DNA of 64,000 nucleotides from a virus (taxonomy: Duplodnaviria > Caudoviricetes), in the IMG/VR virus record IMGVR_UViG_3300018079_000012, positions 560-64,559 of that record. One strand, 5' to 3'. Positions 57,287 to 64,000 of the stretch are shown in pieces. Under the pieces are notes generated by a model that did not search any database, had not been told where the DNA came from, and saw nothing but the letters and a program-made list of their open reading frames with translations. The position numbers and the translations under genes are program-made. Position 1 is the stretch's first letter, and the number at the start of each line of letters is the position of its first letter.

Positions 57287-57457
57287 TTATCTTCCGACAT
57301 ATGCACCTTCTCGACGTAAAACTTCATCGACTAACTGAGATTTCAATAAATCTTCAAAGTCCTTTGGTTCCCCTGCCATCTGCCAACAGTCGAAGCACAA
57401 TCTGTACTTTGCTTTCCACAAGCCGTCTATTGAACGACGGCAAGCCGCGCATGTCAT
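57287..57457 (-). CDS. small Zn-finger protein (MTCAAC...CFDC)
   Basis: ATGA overlap with the polymerase stop. Confidence 0.5.
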   Translation of the reverse strand: MTCAACRRSIDGLWKAKYRLCFDCWQMAGEPKDFEDLLKSQLVDEVLRREGAYVGR

Positions 57458-60400
57458 TGGAGCACCAAAGGATTCTTGTCCGCCGCGTTCATCGCTTCCA
57501 GCCAATTCTCACCGAGCCCCGCGTCTACGGGACAAGAGAAGCCCGGTAATCTCCATGTCTCTTCTTGCATAAGTCCGATAAACTCCCCGCAGCGTTTATC
57601 CGGCCACTCGCGCGGGAGTTCATATACTAACTCGTCGTGTACCTGAAGGATCGGTACATATCCAGTTTCCCTACGGTATCGGAGCATAACCGCCTGTACG
57701 TGGTCGGCGGAAACGCCTTGCCCGTACGCCGCAAGGACAATTTTAGAGTCTTCTTCCATCGACCGCGTTAAAGCTGTCTCCTCACGAAACGGTCCGATAA
57801 GACGAATGAACCGCCCGGTCGGATATTTGACGTACCGACGGGCTTCGAATTCGGCTAACACTTTCTTCTGCCAGGCCCGGATCTGCGGGAAAGCGGCGAA
57901 GTAAACGTCCTCTTGGATTTCGAGGGCTTTTTTACGAGATCCAAACGATTCGTCTCCAAATAACATGTTGGCGAGATGTTTTCCAGTAAAAGCGACAACG
58001 CCGCCCGCAAAGGGCCAGTCTTTGTATACACGAAGGGCACCCGCCAGTATTGCGGATTTGACATAACTAGACTCCAGATCTTGTGACGTTACGACCTTCA
58101 AACCCATCCCGTAATTCGAATTACCGGAAACCATAACCCGGTCTTTATACCGGATCATGAAGTAGCCTGTCGAAGTCGAGAAGCAATACACCTTGCCAGA
58201 GAACGGACGTGTAAAGCGGTCCGCAGATCCCACACACATATTTCGTCGTTTATTAAACGACACGGTGTATACGAAACAACCCTTTCCGAATCCCCGACAC
58301 TGCGCGCCTCGCACTAATGCTTGAGTTCCAGACAAATGCGCAATGGTTTGAACCCATACTGCATTAGAGTAATTCGTTGTTCGGTACACTCGGGAATTAG
58401 GATATGTACTGCCATCCCACTTAGGTAACTCCGCTAAGAAAACCTCCCGCTGTCTTTGCGTCAGTTTCAGGAGTTCCGAAGTAAAGTTCTTCTGTTTTGT
58501 TCCGTCTAGTAATGGAGAAGACCATTTTACGTATCCTGCTCTACCATGTGGTTTGTGGTCAGAACAAGGCTTCAGTTTGCACGAAAACAAGGACTCCATA
58601 CGCTCGATTTTCCGAGTTTTTATAAAGTGGAACTTTACGTTACCCCATTTGTCTACACTTCCATCAGCCTGTACCGCAACCGCTTGCATAACCTCGCGGT
58701 CGGAATAGACCGGTCCGGGCGTAATAAGAACGCCAGAGGTCGCTAAGTAATCTTCGTTCTCTAAAGAGTCTATTCTGACTTTGTCTACATGCAGATACCG
58801 TTTCTTGCCCCAATTAGACCGTCGTATCTTAGGCAGTCCGTGTTCAGGTGTCCCTTCTATTGAGGCAGAACGTCCGTGTAATACATGAGTCGGACCTGTA
58901 TAATCATACTCGTGGTACTTTTCTGGCGTCTCAAAGAAAATCCCATACGTCTCGTCCCAGACTGCGATCTCTTGCCCGGACCACTTAGATATATCGATCC
59001 AGCCATTAGATGTTAGTACCTCATGTCCGGCTGCGACACAGCCGTGCGACGTGATCTTCGCTAAGTCTCTCGGTTTCTTACCGCCTAACTCTGCGGCTTT
59101 ATCGAATTTCCCCTCGGAGTTCTGAACTAACCATGTGAACAAATCCTTTGGGAAATCGCGGATGTCAAATCCTGCTAAATACATAATGCAGCGGGCTTCG
59201 AGCTGCTTGTAATCCGCTCGGCATAGCCGGAAATCCTGGCTACGCGGTATAATCGCCGCCCGCGCTTGTTTTCCTAACCCATATTTCTGGAAATTATGCG
59301 CGTTCGGAGAAGAAGAAGATAAACGTCCTAACGACGAGCCGGTCGTATTGAACCGCGAGTGTAGAAATACACCTTCCGACTCTTCGGTCAAATGCTTCTT
59401 ACCGAACCACGCTTCGGTACCCTTACCGCCTTCCTTGGACTTCCAGAGGTCTAACACCCCCGACTCTAACTCCGTTAACGGCGCCTCGGATAGTTGTTCT
59501 GCGACTTCGTTCGGTTTGTCGATAATCGAATACTTCCGGCCGATCTTTAGCATCTCGTCGCGGAGAGTGTTTTTCTGCGTATCTTTGAGCCGCAGACCAC
59601 GTTCCTGCATCCAGGTTTTAACTTGCAACGAGCTACGGGGGTTAAATCGCCGATTAGCTTCGGGGAATAGTGCGTCTTGGAGATTTGAGATCCGCAAGTT
59701 CAACGCTTCGACCGTCGGTATATGAACGCGCATACCGCGTTCGCGCATTACTTCGCAGAGGTCGGTTAACTCTAGTAACTCACGGCGGAAGGTTATTGGG
59801 ACCTTCATCCGGTCGAGTTCCTTGCTGTTCTCAACGTGAACTTTGAGTCCGGCCCAAGAATCTACACCGTTATAACCCCAGATGTTATGCGTCGGGCAAG
59901 GATATTGGCCGGAGCAGTACTGACGCCAACAAGACTTCCAGTTCGGGACGTCTGTGACTAACGATGTAGCGGACCATAAGTTCATGAAGCCGAGAGAACC
60001 GGGATCGTCGTCTTCCTCGCGGTACGCGATTTTACATAGATGCTGATTCGCGAGATAGTGTGTGAGCATCGCGTCTTCCCAGAAGTCCAGCGACGACGGG
60101 CACCCGGCGTTATCGAGGATCTTTTTGTCCGCAGAGATCGAGGAGTACCCGACGAGAGCGATATTATGACGTTTAGAAAAGTCTATGGCGTATTCGGCGA
60201 GCCGTTTGTCCCAACCGACCGACGCGGCTTCCCGGAGATTCGCGACGCCGAGGACGCTCGGACGTCCGGTGTCGGAGAATTCTAGATCTATCCCGAGACC
60301 TTCTGGTCCAGCGGCTTCTACTACACGTCGGAACGCGTCTGGGGTCCTATGTACCGGCGGGTATTCATCGGAAATCTCGTCGGACGACTTATGACTAGAG

Positions 60401-60459
60401 AACAACCCGTACTGAAGTTTAGCGTCCGGGAGAACGATTTGGAATTTACGCCGTGCCAC
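57454..60459 (-). CDS. polA: family A DNA polymerase with intein
   Basis: IDLEF exonuclease; GRLSSSSPN; motif A ADYKQLEAR; motif B RDLAKITSHG|SNYG; motif C QVHDELV. Confidence 0.93.
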   Translation of the reverse strand: MARRKFQIVLPDAKLQYGLFSSHKSSDEISDEYPPVHRTPDAFRRVVEAAGPEGLGIDLEFSDTGRPSVLGVANLREAASVGWDKRLAEYAIDFSKRHNIALVGYSSISADKKILDNAGCPSSLDFWEDAMLTHYLANQHLCKIAYREEDDDPGSLGFMNLWSATSLVTDVPNWKSCWRQYCSGQYPCPTHNIWGYNGVDSWAGLKVHVENSKELDRMKVPITFRRELLELTDLCEVMRERGMRVHIPTVEALNLRISNLQDALFPEANRRFNPRSSLQVKTWMQERGLRLKDTQKNTLRDEMLKIGRKYSIIDKPNEVAEQLSEAPLTELESGVLDLWKSKEGGKGTEAWFGKKHLTEESEGVFLHSRFNTTGSSLGRLSSSSPNAHNFQKYGLGKQARAAIIPRSQDFRLCRADYKQLEARCIMYLAGFDIRDFPKDLFTWLVQNSEGKFDKAAELGGKKPRDLAKITSHGCVAAGHEVLTSNGWIDISKWSGQEIAVWDETYGIFFETPEKYHEYDYTGPTHVLHGRSASIEGTPEHGLPKIRRSNWGKKRYLHVDKVRIDSLENEDYLATSGVLITPGPVYSDREVMQAVAVQADGSVDKWGNVKFHFIKTRKIERMESLFSCKLKPCSDHKPHGRAGYVKWSSPLLDGTKQKNFTSELLKLTQRQREVFLAELPKWDGSTYPNSRVYRTTNYSNAVWVQTIAHLSGTQALVRGAQCRGFGKGCFVYTVSFNKRRNMCVGSADRFTRPFSGKVYCFSTSTGYFMIRYKDRVMVSGNSNYGMGLKVVTSQDLESSYVKSAILAGALRVYKDWPFAGGVVAFTGKHLANMLFGDESFGSRKKALEIQEDVYFAAFPQIRAWQKKVLAEFEARRYVKYPTGRFIRLIGPFREETALTRSMEEDSKIVLAAYGQGVSADHVQAVMLRYRRETGYVPILQVHDELVYELPREWPDKRCGEFIGLMQEETWRLPGFSCPVDAGLGENWLEAMNAADKNPLVLQ
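58120..59040 (-). mobile_element. intein (307 aa) with LAGLIDADG-like endonuclease, inserted in PolA motif B
   Basis: N-terminus CVAAGHEVLTSNGW, block B TPEH, VQADG/KWDG, C-terminus KVYCFSTSTGYFMIR...VSGN followed by Ser. Confidence 0.9.
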
Positions 60460-60628
60460 ACAGCCTCTTGTACATAGTATTTAGCTCTTCGTCGGACATG
60501 TAGTACAACTCTTTAAGATGAATCTTAATTGTTGCCCAAGGCGCAGTCACGATATAGGTACCTTCACCAACCTCGACGGCTTCTGCAAACATTATGTCAC
60601 GCGCCGCTCGGATTTCTTCTAAAGTCAT
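60446..60628 (-). CDS. small hypothetical protein
   Basis: Coupled between the UDG-like gene and polA. Confidence 0.45.
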   Translation of the reverse strand: MTLEEIRAARDIMFAEAVEVGEGTYIVTAPWATIKIHLKELYYMSDEELNTMYKRLCGTA

Positions 60629-61368
60629 TAGAATAACATTAACGGTTCAACTAACTTCTTCACAGACTTCTTTCTTCGCCACGACGCCGGAGTCACAGGT
60701 CTAAAGTTTTTCAGAACACTCGTCGTCGGCGATATTAACTTCCGTTCCGTCCGCAGACTCCCGGCAAAATAATGCCCGCGCCAATAACTCACACCCCCAA
60801 TGCCTTCAATAGCGGGTAAAACCAACGCCGCAGCTTTATCGCCGCACAGTACGCAGACCCGGTAACCCTTCTCCATAAACCGCGCGGCTTTCTCAAAGTC
60901 CCGGCGGACAAGGAAGAAGTACGCGTTTTCGCGCAGTACGGCGGCTGGATGTAAAGTAATAACAAAGAGATTAGGATCCCAGTCAGCGATCCCGCCGGGA
61001 GCCAAATTCCCTCTTTGGTCACCATGATACCAGTCGTACTGGCGGCAGACTTGCTCGGCTTTCTTCCGCGTAGGGCCGTTAGGATATTCATTTTCCTCTC
61101 CCCGGCACCGGATACAATTGTCCAAGATAACGTCGTCGCGTTCCAATCCTAACGGCCGCAGAAAAGCGTGGAACATTAGGTCTCCGGACATACCGACGAG
61201 CGGTGTACGTTTGAGAGCTTCGTTCTCGCCGGGTGCTTCCAGTAAACACGCGAACTTAGGATATTTAGGGACCCAACCGGGGACGAAACTGTGTGACGAC
61301 GAGGACCACGGACATAACGCGCAGAGCGAAGGCTTACTGAGGACGCCGAGGATAGGAAAGGTCGTCAT
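60628..61368 (-). CDS. uracil-DNA glycosylase family 4-like protein
   Basis: CALCP, EAPGENE, PLVGMSG, DNCIRCR, HPAAVLR. Confidence 0.85.
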   Translation of the reverse strand: MTTFPILGVLSKPSLCALCPWSSSSHSFVPGWVPKYPKFACLLEAPGENEALKRTPLVGMSGDLMFHAFLRPLGLERDDVILDNCIRCRGEENEYPNGPTRKKAEQVCRQYDWYHGDQRGNLAPGGIADWDPNLFVITLHPAAVLRENAYFFLVRRDFEKAARFMEKGYRVCVLCGDKAAALVLPAIEGIGGVSYWRGHYFAGSLRTERKLISPTTSVLKNFRPVTPASWRRKKSVKKLVEPLMLF

Positions 61369-61380
61369 TAGATATAACTA

Positions 61381-61475
61381 GGGAGTGAGACGCTGGAAGT
61401 TGTAGTCCGGCTTAACAAGCTAAGGGCCGGTGTCTACTCCCCCGTTTATTCCCCTAAATATTCACGGCGTCTCCC
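61381..61475 (-). ncRNA. candidate rod-like structured RNA downstream of the split tRNA
   Basis: GAGACGC/GCGTCTC, GTAG/CTAC and CCGGC/GCCGG nested stems; strand uncertain. Confidence 0.4.
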
Positions 61476-61485
61476 ATAACTCTAG

Positions 61486-61974
61486 TGGGCCATTCGGGAG
61501 TTGAACCACGAATTTGGCGCTTATAAGATACCGGCTTCTACTTCAGCATGACAATTACTACATAACATGTCACACTTCCTCAATTCCTTTAGGACAATTT
61601 TCCAATTCTTAGAGTATGCTAAAGAAAGAGAAAACATCTTCGAGGCTTTATTCCTATGATGAAATTCCAAAGCCTTTATACAACGTGAGTAACCACACTT
61701 TTGGCACTTTCCACCTTTTGTTTCGACCATCTTCTTCTTTATCAAATCCCTACGGGATCTGTTGTATACCACCGCGCGTTTCTTACGTGATGTATATACT
61801 ATGCAGGGAAGAGGTCTTGTATTGTACTTGCCGAATGGGGAACATACTAAGCAGTACTTTCGGTTTCTAAGAAATCTTACTTTGCCTTTTATGACAACCC
61901 TACGTGGAAAACTTGAGTTACAGTTTTGACAAAACATTAAATGCGCCCGCTCTAGTCCGTTGAGCTAATGGCCC
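61486..61974 (-). tRNA. tRNA-Ile(UAU) split by a 415-nt HNH insertion (halves 61943-61974 and 61486-61527)
   Basis: GGGCCAT/ATGGCCC-A acceptor; GCTC/GAGC D-stem; GGCGC/GCGCC anticodon stem; loop CTTATAA; GGTTCAACTCC T-arm. Confidence 0.75.
61521..61937 (-). CDS. HNH endonuclease inserted in the tRNA
   Basis: CQNC...CLVC; KGGKCQKCGY...ALEFHH...ELRKCDMLCSNCHAEV; AT-rich. Confidence 0.9.
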   Translation of the reverse strand: MFCQNCNSSFPRRVVIKGKVRFLRNRKYCLVCSPFGKYNTRPLPCIVYTSRKKRAVVYNRSRRDLIKKKMVETKGGKCQKCGYSRCIKALEFHHRNKASKMFSLSLAYSKNWKIVLKELRKCDMLCSNCHAEVEAGIL

Positions 61975-61984
61975 GAAGATCATA

Positions 61985-62048
61985 AAAGTGGCCGCGTTTG
62001 TCCCCCACGCGTTTAACGAGAACCTAGGGGTCGTTCTCGCACCACTCT
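61985..62048 (-). ncRNA. candidate three-way-junction RNA with complementary loops
   Basis: AGTGGT/GCCACT stem; CGAGAAC-GACCCCTAG-GTTCTCG; CGCGT-GGGGGACAA-ACGCG. Confidence 0.55.
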
Positions 62049-62056
62049 AACGCCCG

Positions 62057-62152
62057 CCGACTTGTAGTCAGCGAACGTTACTGGCTGGGTCTTTAAGCCG
62101 CCCCATTTAACTCCACCCTGGTCCGCGCGGAGCACCCCTGACTACTAGCCGA
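62057..62152 (-). ncRNA. candidate ~96-nt structured RNA
   Basis: TCGGCTAGTAGTCAG/CTGACTACAAGTCGG closing stem (14 of 15 pairs) with inner hairpins. Confidence 0.5.
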
Positions 62153-62153
62153 T

Positions 62154-62756
62154 TTACACTTCGAACGTCATCACGTATCGAGCCGGATCGGCCGCCGCTT
62201 TCTTAGCGAATCTCTCTGCGTCCGTCTTCGTCGCGGGGAAGAAGTACCCCACGTCGTAGAAGCGTGTCAGGGCGCCCGTGTCGCGGTCTTTCTTTTGCTG
62301 CATAACATACCCGAATATAGCACCGGGCTCAGGTGGGTCGGCCGACGCGTTTCCTTCGGAGTACTTCATAAACCGGTCCGCGAGTAACCGCTCAACTCCG
62401 TCCGGCGATTTATCGGCGAGCGAAATCAACTCATCCGATAACGTCAGATAACGCTCATCGGCAGATTCGTCACTGCCAACGAACGCGCGTAACGCTGGTG
62501 TTTGATCCGACGCGACGTTCTTAGAAAAAACGAACATCGGGCCTTTCTCCAGCGAATTAGGGTCGAAATTCTCCACCAGCCAATCCGGCCGGTACATGAA
62601 GTTGTATTTCGTTGAACGACCGGCTTGGATAGCTTGGATCTGTACGTTAGTCATCACGTAACCAGCGGGCGACAACTTCGTCGGTCCGACAGACGCAACG
62701 CGACCGATGCAGACTAAATCCGGCTGCTCGGGAATATCAGGTGCTTTGAACGGCAT
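62154..62756 (-). CDS. hypothetical replication-region protein (possible ssDNA-binding OB-fold)
   Basis: SD AAGGAG; location next to a Sak4-like gene; function is a guess. Confidence 0.55.
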   Translation of the reverse strand: MPFKAPDIPEQPDLVCIGRVASVGPTKLSPAGYVMTNVQIQAIQAGRSTKYNFMYRPDWLVENFDPNSLEKGPMFVFSKNVASDQTPALRAFVGSDESADERYLTLSDELISLADKSPDGVERLLADRFMKYSEGNASADPPEPGAIFGYVMQQKKDRDTGALTRFYDVGYFFPATKTDAERFAKKAAADPARYVMTFEV

Positions 62757-62793
62757 TACTATCTCCTTTGTTTCGATTTTCAGCGAACGTGAC

Positions 62794-63165
62794 CTACTGT
62801 ATTACTACGGGCTTAATCCCTTCCTTCTGCCCATCGAGAATAGCCCGTATTTGAGTTACCATCTCGGCGCCCATAACTACCATGACGCCCACGATCTCCG
62901 GTTTAATCATCTCCGGGATTTTGAACTCCGACGCTACGAATATAACATCGTGCGGCGACGTGATCCAGCCGTATTTGGGGGTACTGGCGAGAAAAGTAAC
63001 GACGCCGTTGACCGTCTTGTACATCTCGTTCATCAACTCCGCCCATAGTTGCTCGGCGGTCTTCGGCGGAGAAGCGGGATCGACGGTGACACTTTCTCCT
63101 ACCGTGCCTTCCGGAGTCGGAGTAGTGTTAATTTCTCCCGGTACTGGTGCGTCAGTCTGTTCCAT
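62794..63165 (-). CDS. hypothetical protein
   Basis: SD AAGGA. Confidence 0.6.
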   Translation of the reverse strand: MEQTDAPVPGEINTTPTPEGTVGESVTVDPASPPKTAEQLWAELMNEMYKTVNGVVTFLASTPKYGWITSPHDVIFVASEFKIPEMIKPEIVGVMVVMGAEMVTQIRAILDGQKEGIKPVVIQ

Positions 63166-63310
63166 AACTATTCCTTAAGTCTCGATGACTTTAAATAAAG
63201 CGCCAGTAGCACAAAATAGGTGCCCCAAGCAGGCTCTCCAGTATACACAGAAACAGCAGCGCCTGCTAAAGAACTAATTTCTAGAAGTGCTAATATTATT
63301 ACCCACAGCA

Positions 63311-64000
63311 TCACAGGCTCCTTTTCTTCGACAACATCGCCCACAGCACCGCCATATCTGCGGGCATTTCAGCGGGTAACTTAACTCCGCGCGACTTTGC
63401 CGTCTGAGAATCTGACGGCGCTGTACAGTACAAGAACTCCGACGTCTTATCGACCGCCGATGTCTTCACTCGCGTCCGGATAATGAAATCAAACGCGCCT
63501 TCGACTAACTTCTTAGCGCCGCCGTGAATCAGCATCGAGTTCTTCGCGCGGTATTTAGGTTTAGAATCCGCGCCGGACAGATCTTCGATCCGTTCTTTCT
63601 CTTGTTCCTTAAACGTCAGAATTTTATGCCAGCGTTTACCGGTTCGGACATTGTACATATTCAGATAGTCTTTCACCATCCTGACCGTACCGTTGAGAAC
63701 CATCGACCAGTCACGTGTTTCTAGTTGCAGACCGGACCGTCTCGCGTCAGATATCTCACGCTCGTTCTTCGGCAGAATACTCTCGCCGATATACTCTTCT
63801 AATTGGACTAACTGACCTTCTGACCCGCCGTCCCAGAAGAACAGATCGACGTTCAGATCGTATATCTCTGAGATCAATTTCTCCGGCGAACGCAGGAACG
63901 TAGTTAACGTCCGGTAATCCGTTAGTCCTTCTAACTCATAAAGTCTGGAGAGTTCGTCCGGCGACGCTTCTTCTTTAACCGTTCGCAGACCGGAACCGCC
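63311..64000 (-). CDS. Sak4/AAA_24-like recombination ATPase (5' end off the window)
   Basis: Frame open to the window edge: GGSGLRTV...FFWDGGSE...DW...FDFIIRT...AKSRG..LP..MPAD. Confidence 0.65.
   Translation of the reverse strand, partial: GGSGLRTVKEEASPDELSRLYELEGLTDYRTLTTFLRSPEKLISEIYDLNVDLFFWDGGSEGQLVQLEEYIGESILPKNEREISDARRSGLQLETRDWSMVLNGTVRMVKDYLNMYNVRTGKRWHKILTFKEQEKERIEDLSGADSKPKYRAKNSMLIHGGAKKLVEGAFDFIIRTRVKTSAVDKTSEFLYCTAPSDSQTAKSRGVKLPAEMPADMAVLWAMLSKKRSL

Noticed and set aside
61528-61942. Group I/II intron or BHB intron in tRNA-Ile
   Set aside because: Only 5 non-coding nt lie in the insert, I saw no P7 or domain V motifs, and a bulge-helix-bulge cannot be formed by eye. A covariance-model search is still needed.
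61936-61942. Ochre suppressor reading (loop ATTTAAT, anticodon UUA) implying stop-codon recoding
   Set aside because: A32 and U38 would be atypical, whereas CTTATAA is a canonical loop. Long genes end normally at TAA, TAG and TGA under the standard code.
61985-62048. Pistol, hammerhead or theta ribozyme next to the tRNA
   Set aside because: The hairpin-UUAAA-pseudoknot is reminiscent of pistol, but the P3/GU cleavage arm is missing. There is no CUGANGA/GAAA core and no HDV-like fold at the tRNA 3' ends.
1-64000. Prophage or temperate lifestyle, and host assignment
   Set aside because: No integrase, repressor or host genes are seen, and the sequence alone does not support naming a host.

Overview
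The window is a gene-dense segment of a tailed dsDNA bacteriophage genome. The virion genes look podovirus-like: a P22-type portal with a Q-rich tail, an N4-gp56-like capsid, a tail-tube/stabilisation protein and three ejection-type proteins. No integrase or repressor is visible, and both window ends cut genes. Layout: (1) 1-19.8 kb, minus strand: early/accessory genes, including an RNA ligase, a metallophosphoesterase, tRNA-Leu(UAA), tRNA-Pro(UGG), a Cas4-like nuclease, a DEDDh exonuclease, a nucleoside deoxyribosyltransferase, many Cys-rich mini-proteins, a PTP phosphatase and a PPDK-like dikinase. (2) 19.85-20.43 kb: a repeat-rich non-coding switch region (possible genome end, pac site or origin). 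(3) 20.4-52.0 kb, mainly plus strand: morphogenesis genes. (4) 52.0-64 kb, minus strand: replication genes (RepA-like helicase, intein-containing PolA, UDG-like protein, Sak4-like ATPase). Most notable observations: a tRNA-Ile(UAU) gene split at its anticodon arm by a bare HNH endonuclease ORF with no visible self-splicing intron core, flanked by three structured RNA candidates, in a genome that also encodes RNA ligase and phosphoesterases; an adjacent dikinase/phosphatase pair carrying shuffled Zn-knuckle modules; a circularly permuted Cas4/AddB-like nuclease; several unannotated structured RNAs; and four copies of an ECF-sigma-type promoter. All calls come from reading motifs and base-pairing by eye. 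No database searches or folding programs were run.
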